Assembly (NCBI GenBank): GCA_003235475.1
Contig: QJWC01000028.1
Coordinates: 1,188 to 65,187 of the forward strand
DNA: 64,000 nt
Direction: 5' to 3'
DNA from: Acidimicrobiia bacterium
GTDB lineage: Bacteria > Actinomycetota > Acidimicrobiia > Spongiisociales > UBA5794
The notes under the pieces were generated by a model. That model saw nothing but the letters and a program-made list of their open reading frames with translations. It searched no databases and was not told the origin of the DNA. How positions within the stretch are numbered: the first letter of the stretch is position 1; every line of letters begins with the position of its first letter. Below, one piece after another: positions 56,197 to 64,000 of the stretch. A program made the position numbers and the translations under genes.

Positions 56197-58188
56197 CTAC
56201 TCCAGCGTCTTCAGGTAGCTGACGAGGGCCTGCACCTCGTCGTCGGAAAGATACGAATACGAGGGCATCGTCGAGTACGGAACCACGATCCTCGGATCGG
56301 TCAGGTGCGCCCCCAGGATCACTACGTCGATGGCCTCCCGGCTCGCGTAGTGCATCAGGTCCGGCCCGTAACGATCCGCTCCCACGAGGGCAGGCGACTC
56401 GTGGGCATAGTCGCCGGGAACGCTGACCGGCCCGAGACCGACGTCGGTGCCCACCGGGCGAACGACCTGCGTGTGGCATTCGCCGCACCCCTCGGAGATG
56501 TAGAGGTTGCGGCCGTCGAACTCGGCAGTCCCGCTCTGGTAGATGCGGCTGGTGTCGGCGAGGATCGTCGGGTCGCGGTCCGTGTCGTCCATGGTCGGGA
56601 TCACAGCTGCGACGAGCGCCGCGAGTATCCACAGCGTGGCCACCCCGGTGATGAGGCCCTTCCACGTCAGGGATGTCGCGTCCGCTGCGAACTCGAGCTC
56701 GTACTCAGGTGGCGCCTCCGGAGCCTCGAGGGGTTCGTCGGACCGCGCGTTGATGCCGATGAGGTAGAGGATCTGAGCAGCTGCGTAGACGACGGCCGAG
56801 ATTGCGGCGATCCAGAGGAAGGGCTCAGCGGTGTCGATCGTGACCTTCCACGCGATACCCCCGTTCGCATAGGCCTGCACCGCCGGACCGGCGGCCCAGG
56901 AGAAGGCGACGGCTGTCCCGCCCGCGAGGAGGCCAACGGTCACACCGACCAGGCCAGCCAGGGACATCTTGGAGTGGAATACAGCAAGGGTGCCGCCATC
57001 CCCGGCAATCAGACGATGGCCTGCGAAGACGGAGAAGGCAATCGCCCCGAGGAGGAGAAGGACGCGGGTGCCATCGACCCACGTCGAGTACGCAATCACC
57101 GCGCTCGTCGCGCGCCAGGCGAGAAGGATCGAAGCGACAACGGCGACCGACCCTGCCATGCCCGATACGACGACGCTGCGAAGGGCTGCCCTGTTCCTGA
57201 TCGAGGCGATCCGGCCCTTGAGCATCAGTCCGAGGTCCGTGGCGATGACGAGCAACGGCACGAGGGCACCGAGCGTGATGGCCACCGAGATCGTCTCGAG
57301 CCAGTCGGGCGCCGGCGAGTAGATCTGTGCCCACCCGCTCAGGAAGAGCGACACGAGCACTGCGGACCAGAAGCCCAAGGGCCCGAGGTTGCTCGGCTCG
57401 GTCGCGTCGACCCCTGAGAGGGAGGCGACCACGAAATAGAGCACGCCGATCGTTCCGAGTACCAGGAAGGCGTGGACGGAGCCCGACGCGAACGCGGTGA
57501 GAAGTGCCCCGGGGATTCCATGCGAAACCGACACAAGCCCCACCACGCCCCCGAGTGTGAGGACGATCGGGGCGGCAACGAGGTACCAGCCGGCGGGGCC
57601 GAGCGAATCCTGCTTCGCCTTCGCGGTTCCCCTGATCGCCAACGTTGCAAGCAGGGCGCCGACGACGAGGAGCGCCCTCGCCCAGATCGGGGCTGGCAGG
57701 TCGGTGATGCCCGTGTTGAGCCCGAACACCACGCCGAGTGCGCCAGCCACTGCTCCGAGTGACAAGGTCGCGAGGGAGGCCATTGCAAAGGGGGCGCGTC
57801 GCAGCGGCGAGTCAGCGAGGCTGCCGATCGCGTGGTAGGCGAGGCCGATGAGCCCGATCGTCGCAAAGCCGTCGACGAGGAGGATCCGCGAGGCAGGGGC
57901 GATCCTTCCGTAGGTCAAGAAAGCGATCCCAGAGCCGAGATCGGGGAGGACGAGCTGGAGCGAAGCGAGGGCGGCGAGGATCCCGCCAACCACCAGAAAG
58001 GCCGCCGAGACCATGAGATGGAGACCCACGAGCTGCGGTCCCTGGTCGACGGACCCCGCACTCTGCGTGTCGTGTGATCCAGTGTCGGCTGTCACGCTCG
58101 CGGCGTCCTCCTGTGCGGCGCGGTGGTTCCGCCGCGCTCTGAAGCTGGGCAACGAGACTCTAGCCAATGACGGCTCTCCAAGGTTCAT
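56197..58188 (-). CDS. CcoN-like (ligand-deficient) polytopic domain fused to CcoO/FixO-type monoheme cytochrome c
   Basis: C-terminal GRNLYISEGCGECHTQVVRP...DRYGPDL...TMPSY aligns with recalled CcoO. The N-terminal domain keeps CcoN framework motifs, but His and Tyr ligands appear replaced (see findings). Confidence 0.75.
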   Translation of the reverse strand: MNLGEPSLARVSLPSFRARRNHRAAQEDAASVTADTGSHDTQSAGSVDQGPQLVGLHLMVSAAFLVVGGILAALASLQLVLPDLGSGIAFLTYGRIAPASRILLVDGFATIGLIGLAYHAIGSLADSPLRRAPFAMASLATLSLGAVAGALGVVFGLNTGITDLPAPIWARALLVVGALLATLAIRGTAKAKQDSLGPAGWYLVAAPIVLTLGGVVGLVSVSHGIPGALLTAFASGSVHAFLVLGTIGVLYFVVASLSGVDATEPSNLGPLGFWSAVLVSLFLSGWAQIYSPAPDWLETISVAITLGALVPLLVIATDLGLMLKGRIASIRNRAALRSVVVSGMAGSVAVVASILLAWRATSAVIAYSTWVDGTRVLLLLGAIAFSVFAGHRLIAGDGGTLAVFHSKMSLAGLVGVTVGLLAGGTAVAFSWAAGPAVQAYANGGIAWKVTIDTAEPFLWIAAISAVVYAAAQILYLIGINARSDEPLEAPEAPPEYELEFAADATSLTWKGLITGVATLWILAALVAAVIPTMDDTDRDPTILADTSRIYQSGTAEFDGRNLYISEGCGECHTQVVRPVGTDVGLGPVSVPGDYAHESPALVGADRYGPDLMHYASREAIDVVILGAHLTDPRIVVPYSTMPSYSYLSDDEVQALVSYLKTLE

Positions 58189-58283
58189 TGGGGTCGATGG
58201 CGAACCCGTGCCTCGAGAATGTCATCGTGTAACGTCCCCTGCGCCCGTGCTGTCAACGCAGATCACTCGGGCGCCGTAGACTG

Positions 58284-58892
58284 TTGCGAACTCTCCGAGG
58301 GTTGGTAGTGAACGAACGCAGACAACTCATCGCAGGAATGGGACTCCTCGTCGTTGGCATCGTCGTCGCCATCCTCGGCGCCGTCATGGCGCACATGGCA
58401 GAGGCCCCCGATGTCGATCAGTTCGGACGCGCCATGTTCTCCGGATTTCCAAGGGGCTGGATCGTCGCAACGCTTGCCCAATCGATGTCGCTCGGTGGCG
58501 TGATGGTTGCGATGGGTGGCCTCGCATTTGGCCTCATTTGGAAGCGGAAGCTGACCTGGGCGCGGGCGATGCTCGGCGCACTGCTGTTCACGGGGTTGAT
58601 GTTCATCATCTTCGCGATCGTCCCGAACCAGATGCTCACGATCTTCCAGGCGACCCTCGAGTGGACGCCGCAGAAGATCTTCGTCACGATCCCGCCATGG
58701 CTGATCCTCGGTCAGGACATCTCCATTTCCTATGCCACGCTCAAGGACATGATCGTGGCCGGCTTCCTCACGACGATGCTGCTTGTGGTCCCGATCGCGA
58801 TGTACCAGATCCAGGAGCGGGCGAAACGGGCAGACGTCCCGAAGCCGCAGCCCGTGTCCACGTATGGTCGACCGATGCGGGTGCCCGACTGA
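58284..58892 (+). CDS. Polytopic membrane protein, first gene of the Rieske/cyt b operon (hypothetical)
   Basis: 4-5 TM helices. TGATG coupling to the ferredoxin gene. Start uncertain: TTG 58284, GTG 58308 or ATG 58338. Confidence 0.6.
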   Translation: MRTLRGLVVNERRQLIAGMGLLVVGIVVAILGAVMAHMAEAPDVDQFGRAMFSGFPRGWIVATLAQSMSLGGVMVAMGGLAFGLIWKRKLTWARAMLGALLFTGLMFIIFAIVPNQMLTIFQATLEWTPQKIFVTIPPWLILGQDISISYATLKDMIVAGFLTTMLLVVPIAMYQIQERAKRADVPKPQPVSTYGRPMRVPD

Positions 58893-59332
58893 TGGCAAAG
58901 GAAGTCTGGCTCGAGACCCCGCCGATTCGCGATGACTACCAGCTCGCGATGGTCGATACCGCGTACCTGACCGCCGCAGTCAAGCCCAAGCAGTTCATCC
59001 ACATCAACGAGTCCGAATGCATCCTGTGCGCAGGGTGCGTCGACATCTGCCCGTGGAAGTGCATCCACTTCCTCACGCCCGACATCGTCACCGAGACGTT
59101 CGGCGTCGAGAACCCCGCGGACAAGGAAGAGAACGGGGCCCTCTTCCTGATCGACGATACGGAGTGCACGAGGTGCAAACTGTGCGTCGATCGGTGCCCG
59201 ACCAACGTCATCACCATCGGCAAGTTCGCGGGTTCGGTTGCGGAGCAGACCGAGTACGCGGAAGCGCCGTGGGAGTTGGACACGGGTGAACGTGACCACA
59301 AGAACGGATACAGCTACGGCATGCGCTGGTAG
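58892..59332 (+). CDS. 4Fe-4S dicluster ferredoxin-domain protein
   Basis: CILCAGCVDICP and CTRCKLCVDRCP. Confidence 0.85.
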   Translation: MAKEVWLETPPIRDDYQLAMVDTAYLTAAVKPKQFIHINESECILCAGCVDICPWKCIHFLTPDIVTETFGVENPADKEENGALFLIDDTECTRCKLCVDRCPTNVITIGKFAGSVAEQTEYAEAPWELDTGERDHKNGYSYGMRW

Positions 59333-59348
59333 CTCGGAGTGAAGAACT

Positions 59349-60122
59349 GTGGCTGACAGAGGACGAACGAGTCTCAAGGAGCGGGTGAGCGGGCTGGGCG
59401 ACCACGTCCGCAACTCCCAGGTCTGGACATCGATCTTCAGGCCTGGCTCGGCGCTGCGCGCCGACAGCGGTGACTCCCCGAGGAACCGTGCCTATGTCGT
59501 GATGAACAATGTGCTCTACCACCTCCACCCCGTGAAGGTGAAGCGGCGTGGGATCAAGGTCTCCTACACGTTGTGCCTCGGCGGGTTGAGCTTCTTCCTG
59601 TTCATCCTGCTCACTGTGACCGGCATCTTCCTGATGTTCTACTACCGGCCGACGTCGCCGCAGGCCTACTTCGATATGCAGGCACTTGCGACCGACGTGG
59701 CATTCGGGCAACTGGTGCGCAACATGCACCGATGGGGCGCTCACGTGATGGTGCTGACGGTCTTCCTGCACATGACTCGGGTCTTCTACCACGGCGCCTA
59801 CAAGCCGCCGCGCGAGTTCAACTGGGTCGTCGGCATCATCCTCCTGTTGCTCACGCTGCTGCTCTCGTTCACCGGCTACCTGCTCCCGTGGGACCAGCTC
59901 GCGTTGTGGGCGGTGACGGTGGGCTCGAACATGGGCGGCTACGTGCCGGTGTTCGGGCGACAAGTGTCGTTCGCGCTCGTCGGCGGTGTCCAGATCACCG
60001 CGGACACGTTGTTGCGGTTCTACGTGCTCCATGTTCTCTTCCTGCCGTTCATCATCGTCATCTTCATGGCCGTCCACTTCTGGCGGGTCCGTAAAGACGG
60101 CGGAATATCGGGACCGCTCTAA
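59349..60122 (+). CDS. Cytochrome b, N-terminal (b6-type, four-helix) subunit
   Basis: [24 protein letters not shown] and [25 protein letters not shown] supply four heme His. [10 protein letters not shown] also present. Confidence 0.9.
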   Translation: MADRGRTSLKERVSGLGDHVRNSQVWTSIFRPGSALRADSGDSPRNRAYVVMNNVLYHLHPVKVKRRGIKVSYTLCLGGLSFFLFILLTVTGIFLMFYYRPTSPQAYFDMQALATDVAFGQLVRNMHRWGAHVMVLTVFLHMTRVFYHGAYKPPREFNWVVGIILLLLTLLLSFTGYLLPWDQLALWAVTVGSNMGGYVPVFGRQVSFALVGGVQITADTLLRFYVLHVLFLPFIIVIFMAVHFWRVRKDGGISGPL

Positions 60123-60131
60123 GGAGAATGC

Positions 60132-61010
60132 ATGGCAGACCTTCCTGAACATCTCCTCAAGAGAGCCGCTGAGGCCCGTGCGAAAGCCGAGGGCGTGCCC
60201 GTCGAGCAGGTTCTCGCTGAAATGAAGGGTGAGGCACCCGCGGCTGCGGCGCCGGCGGCTGCAGCACCTGCCGCGGCCGCTTCGCAAGGCGCTGGACGAG
60301 ACCTCGATGCGGATTCCGCGAAGTTCGGCGTGCCGCGTCCGCTTCTCGAAAGGGCGATGCTCGCGAGGGCAAGGCGCGACGGTACGCCGGTTCCCCAACT
60401 CGTCGGCGCGGGCGCTCCGGCCGCCGCAGCGGCCCCCGCTGCGAGCGCGGCACCAGCCGCCGCTCCGAAGGCGGCGTCCGCTGGTCCGCCCCCGGGCGTT
60501 CGGACGCAGCGACTCCTCACCGTCGTCAAGGCAAACGCGATTCAGGGGACGACGAGGGAGCCACAGGACAAGGTCAACGTGTGGCCCCACCTGCTCGCAA
60601 TCGAGTTCGTCGCCCTCATCTCAATGCTCGCCTTCCTGACCCTGCTGTCGGCCCTGGTCGACGCGCCGCTTCTCGAGTTCGCAAACTTCAACCAGCAGCC
60701 GAACCCCTCGAAAGCGCCGTGGTACTTCCTGGGCCTCCAGGAGATGCTCGCCTACTTCGACCCCATGCTCGCCGGCGTGCTGATCCCAGGGTTCGGGCTC
60801 GCGGCGCTCGCGTTCATCCCGTATGTCGACAGAAACCCGTCGGTGCGCCCCTCCGACCGGAAGCTCGCCATCTCGCTCTACACGGTGTTCTTCGTCGGTG
60901 CTTCGATCCTCACCATCTTCGGTTCGTTCTTCAGGGGACCGGGGTTCAACTTCACGTTCCCGTGGCGTGACGGCATCTTCTTCGACGACTTATTGACGAT
61001 CCTCGAATGA
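60132..61010 (+). CDS. Cytochrome b C-terminal (subunit IV-like) protein with N-terminal repeat/linker extension
   Basis: About 125 aa of extension with two repeat modules and poly-Ala/Pro. Three TM helices follow, with the Qo-region motif KAPWYFLGLQEML. AAGGAG precedes the ATG. Confidence 0.85.
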   Translation: MADLPEHLLKRAAEARAKAEGVPVEQVLAEMKGEAPAAAAPAAAAPAAAASQGAGRDLDADSAKFGVPRPLLERAMLARARRDGTPVPQLVGAGAPAAAAAPAASAAPAAAPKAASAGPPPGVRTQRLLTVVKANAIQGTTREPQDKVNVWPHLLAIEFVALISMLAFLTLLSALVDAPLLEFANFNQQPNPSKAPWYFLGLQEMLAYFDPMLAGVLIPGFGLAALAFIPYVDRNPSVRPSDRKLAISLYTVFFVGASILTIFGSFFRGPGFNFTFPWRDGIFFDDLLTILE

Positions 61011-61852
61011 GCGGCGCAGCACTTTTCGGCATCATCCTCGTGGTCTCCACCGTCGTGGCGGCGGGAGCGATCATCGCGATCGCGTCGCGCCGCAGCGACA
61101 GCGAGGGATCTGTCACGAGCGCGGAGCTCGACCGGAAGGCAGCCAAGGCCGATCGCGATCGTCGCAAGGCGATGGCAGCGGCAGCACCGGCGGACGCGCC
61201 GCCGGCGAAGCTGGTTCCCGCCCCTATCGAGTTCGAGGACGACGCTCCGAGGCAGGAAGTCACGGCATCCGAGTTCGGCGTCACCCGGCGGAAGTTCTTC
61301 AACCGCGCGGTCGGGGCGATCTTCGGCTTGTACCTGCTCCAGTTCGCGCTCGCGGGCCTGGCGTTCTTCTGGCCGAAGCTCAAGGGCGGATTCGGCACGC
61401 CGATCAGCGCAGGTGCGCTCGACGCTCTCAAGGCCGAGGTGGTCGACGGCGCCCGGTTGGTACCCAAGTTCATCCCGGCAGCCCAGTCATGGGTCGTTCC
61501 CTTCCCGATGAGCAGCTTGCCGGGATCGTCGTTCGAGGCGACGCCGTTCGTCGTCGCGGGGGGTGAGTCGGACGGCATCGGGCTCATGGCTCTCTGGCAG
61601 CGATGCGTTCACCTCGGGTGCCGCGTCCCCTCGTGCGAGTCGTCCCAGGGCTTCGAATGCCCGTGCCACGGCTCGAAGTACAACGGCCACGGCGAATACT
61701 CTGCTGGTCCCGCGCCCCGCAACCTCGACCGGTTCGCGGTGAGCGTGGACGCGGCGGGCGAGTTCATCATCGAGACGGGCACCGTGGTCCAGACTGCTCG
61801 TGCGAAGCACTACACGATCGCGTATCCCCAAGGGCCGTTCTGTGTGGGGTGA
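61007..61852 (+). CDS. Rieske 2Fe-2S subunit
   Basis: CVHLGC...CPCHGSKY. Also TRRKFFN (twin-Arg-like) and N-terminal TM helices. ATGA overlap with the upstream gene. Confidence 0.9.
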   Translation: MSGAALFGIILVVSTVVAAGAIIAIASRRSDSEGSVTSAELDRKAAKADRDRRKAMAAAAPADAPPAKLVPAPIEFEDDAPRQEVTASEFGVTRRKFFNRAVGAIFGLYLLQFALAGLAFFWPKLKGGFGTPISAGALDALKAEVVDGARLVPKFIPAAQSWVVPFPMSSLPGSSFEATPFVVAGGESDGIGLMALWQRCVHLGCRVPSCESSQGFECPCHGSKYNGHGEYSAGPAPRNLDRFAVSVDAAGEFIIETGTVVQTARAKHYTIAYPQGPFCVG

Positions 61853-61858
61853 CCGATC

Positions 61859-63490
61859 GTGATGCTTGATTTCATCCTCGCAACCGCGGAGGAGACAGAG
61901 GTCGTCGACTCGAAGGCGGGCCTCGGCGTCGGCGCGTGGGCGCTGATCATCGTGGTCGCCGTGATCCTCTTGTGGATGGCGTACCTCTACATCAACTCCC
62001 GGCAGTCACGATCCGCCGCGGCGGAGGCAGCACCACCGAACCTTTCGCCAGGGGCATCAGACGACGAACTCGAGAACAAGAGGCTCACGGCCGTTCTCCG
62101 TGCGGCACTGTTCGGGTCGGCTCTGCTCGCTATCTCGCTTCCGTGGTATGCCTTCAACGAACCGGACCGCCAGGTCGAGGCCGCGTCAGAGATCCTCGCC
62201 GCCGACGTGGAGGCTGGAGCCCACTATTTCAGCCGTGAGGGCTTCCAGTGTGCGAACTGCCACGGACCTTCGGGCGGGGGCGGCGGGGCCGCCTTCGAAG
62301 AGCCGCGATCGAAGGTCAACACGACATGGACCGCCCCTTCCCTCGATGACATCTTCTTCCGGTACGCCGACGATGAAGTCCGCTACTGGATCGAGTACGG
62401 CAGGGCTGGCACCCCGATGCCCGCGTGGGGTCTCGTCGGTGGCGGTGCAATGACCGGGCAGGAGATAGACCAGACGATGGCGTACATCAGGTCCATCCAG
62501 GTCGACCAGGCAACTGCGTTCGGACGCTCCGAAAGTGCAGCAGCACTGGCGCTCGCGCGGATGGCGAACGGTACGGTGACGACGCAGAGCCTCATCAACA
62601 AGCAGACCGCTGCGATCGCCGACGTGAACGCCGCACCGGACAAGATCGCTGTCGTCGGTGGATACCCCGATGAGGTCGCCGATCTCCTCCAAGGCCCCGG
62701 AACCTGCACCGACGCCTCCGCCGCGCTCGTCAACGCCACCTGTTCGTCGCCGGGGCAGGACCTCGACCGTGACGGTCTGGCCGACGCCGCGGAGGTGCGG
62801 CTCACCGACATCGCAACGTCGGCGATGGAAACCATCACGGTGACCGTGGAGAACGTGCCGCCAGCGCAACCGGGGCAACCGCCGCTGCCCAACATGTACG
62901 TGCCCGGGCCGAACACCGCGTACGACCTCAGCTTCGACCCATTCGCCGCGTTCACGAACTCGAATCCGGACACCAGGGCTCCCGAGCCAGACCTCGACGC
63001 AGCAGACACGCTCCTGAACCTCCTTCGCAACGACGTGCTCGTCATCAATGTCACCGCTGAGCGGGGGGACGACTTCCTCGCCAAGCTCAGGCCGGGGCTC
63101 GAGTTCCTCCAGACCGCACTCGAGGAGCAGCCGTGGATGGTGGATACCGCTGCCGCCGCGGACTACATGGGCGTGTCCGTGGAGGACGCCACGATGGCTG
63201 TCGGACTGTTCAATGCCTATTGCGCCAGGTGTCACACGGGTGGCTACAGCGCAGGACCGTCGTTCGAGCGTGGCGCGGGATCGGGCGCCTGGGGCCCGTC
63301 GTTGCGAAACGGCCGTGCCGTGACGCAGTTCCCGGACATGGCTGATCAGGTCAAGTTCGTCATCTCCGGCTCTGAGAACGCCAAGGGCTACGGCACCAAT
63401 GGCATCGGCACCGGCCGCATGCCGAGCTTCGGGGCCCTGCTGTCGGAGCGCCAGATCGAACTCATCGTCGCCTACACGAGGGGGCTGTGA
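61859..63490 (+). CDS. Diheme c-type cytochrome with a large inter-domain insertion
   Basis: Two TM helices. Heme sites CANCH (aa 131) and CARCH (aa 455), each followed by a Met-ligand region (TPMPAW, GRMPSF). About 225 aa lie between the two domains. Confidence 0.85.
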   Translation: MMLDFILATAEETEVVDSKAGLGVGAWALIIVVAVILLWMAYLYINSRQSRSAAAEAAPPNLSPGASDDELENKRLTAVLRAALFGSALLAISLPWYAFNEPDRQVEAASEILAADVEAGAHYFSREGFQCANCHGPSGGGGGAAFEEPRSKVNTTWTAPSLDDIFFRYADDEVRYWIEYGRAGTPMPAWGLVGGGAMTGQEIDQTMAYIRSIQVDQATAFGRSESAAALALARMANGTVTTQSLINKQTAAIADVNAAPDKIAVVGGYPDEVADLLQGPGTCTDASAALVNATCSSPGQDLDRDGLADAAEVRLTDIATSAMETITVTVENVPPAQPGQPPLPNMYVPGPNTAYDLSFDPFAAFTNSNPDTRAPEPDLDAADTLLNLLRNDVLVINVTAERGDDFLAKLRPGLEFLQTALEEQPWMVDTAAAADYMGVSVEDATMAVGLFNAYCARCHTGGYSAGPSFERGAGSGAWGPSLRNGRAVTQFPDMADQVKFVISGSENAKGYGTNGIGTGRMPSFGALLSERQIELIVAYTRGL

Positions 63491-63999
63491 TGCGAACTCC
63501 GAAGGTTCTTCTGATGACTGCTGCAAAGGACGAGCGGGGTCTCTCGAAGCTGGAGTCGCTCGGGCTCATACTGTTCGTCCTCTCGATCCTCGCGATGATC
63601 GGCCCCATCAGGGATCTCGCCGTCAACCTGATCGGGACGGTGTTCAATCAGGTCGACCCTGACACCGGGCACCCGAACGACTTCTCGAAGGCGATGCGTG
63701 GCTTCGCGATCGCTGGTGGTGCGGTCCTGGTTTTTGTCGGGTCGGGCTACCTCGTCATGTGGACCGATCTCGGCAAGCGTCTCGCGTTCCTGCTCATCGG
63801 GGCAGCGACCTCCGGGTACCTCGTCATCAACGGCCTCTTCTTCATCGTGTATGCACCGCGTGGGGTGAGGCCGCCAAACCTCGAGGGTCTCGACGCCATC
63901 CAGATGCGGCTCCCTGCGATCGCGCTCACGCTCGGTTCCCTGTTGATCTTCCTGATGTTCTCGGTCGCCCTCGCGCGGTACGAAGCCGAAGCCGAATAG
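63487..63999 (+). CDS. Polytopic membrane protein, last gene of the Rieske/cyt b operon (hypothetical)
   Basis: Four TM helices. 4-nt overlap with the cytochrome c stop. Stop at 63997-63999. Confidence 0.6.
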   Translation: MMRTPKVLLMTAAKDERGLSKLESLGLILFVLSILAMIGPIRDLAVNLIGTVFNQVDPDTGHPNDFSKAMRGFAIAGGAVLVFVGSGYLVMWTDLGKRLAFLLIGAATSGYLVINGLFFIVYAPRGVRPPNLEGLDAIQMRLPAIALTLGSLLIFLMFSVALARYEAEAE

Positions 64000-64000
64000 C

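Noticed and set aside
60230-60500. GC-rich GCN-repeat DNA as a possible tandem repeat or CRISPR-like array
   Set aside because: It is in-frame coding for poly-Ala/Pro linkers. There is no regular repeat-spacer periodicity.
59211-60590. 459-aa minus-strand ORF, and the similar 62186-63526 (446 aa) and 38896-40107 (403 aa) ORFs
   Set aside because: All are antisense to genes with clear cytochrome b, cytochrome c, AMP-ligase or Clp1-like motifs. They are Arg/Asp/His-rich shadow ORFs.
1-64000. Search by eye for rRNA, tRNA, tmRNA, transposases, integrases, phage genes, toxin-antitoxin pairs, restriction-modification or other defence modules, and CRISPR arrays
   Set aside because: None was recognised. 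All intergenic gaps longer than 100 nt were read, and none showed cloverleaf-type or repeat-spacer structure. A dedicated tRNAscan or Infernal run would be needed to be certain.

Overview
Gene-dense, high-GC chromosomal segment (about two-thirds G+C by eye). It carries hallmark Actinomycetota genes: WhiB, MshA, the proteasome activator Bpa with a PAC2 protein, and an RsiG-like protein. I support about 60 CDS. Many are translationally coupled (ATGA/GTGA/TGATG overlaps) and several convergent gene ends overlap. I did not recognise any rRNA, tRNA, transposase, integrase, phage gene or CRISPR array.

Main blocks:
- 0-5 kb: Mo-oxidoreductase (truncated by the window edge), penicillin acylase, Bpa and PAC2.
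- 5-30 kb: mixed housekeeping and membrane genes, including FHA/WhiB, cyclophilin, a DEAD-box helicase, an acyl-CoA dehydrogenase, an ABC exporter pair, an ECF sigma factor coupled to Ogt, and an M20 peptidase.
- 30-34 kb: class II ribonucleotide reductase nrdJ, with tandem NrdR-box-like operators upstream.
- 41-50 kb: a long minus-strand gene string. It runs homogentisate dioxygenase, an unknown gene, fumarylacetoacetase, a MoaD-membrane fusion, an M23 peptidase, an RsiG-like gene, asparaginase II, a GNAT and mshA. hppD is divergent.
- 53.5-64 kb: an unusual respiratory locus.

The respiratory locus is the best candidate for an undescribed system. It holds a seven-gene Rieske/split-cytochrome-b operon with an embedded 4Fe-4S ferredoxin and a very large diheme cytochrome c. 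Divergent from it is a CcoN-like/CcoO fusion whose oxidase domain appears to have lost its heme and copper ligands. A helical repeat module is shared between two otherwise unrelated respiratory subunits.

Other leads:
- An unknown gene sits where maleylacetoacetate isomerase is expected.
- A three-copy intergenic hairpin repeat family.
- A compact cluster of DnaA-box-like 9-mers.
- A Clp1-like P-loop protein.

All calls come from reading the translations and DNA by eye. No database search was run, and family names rest on recalled motifs.
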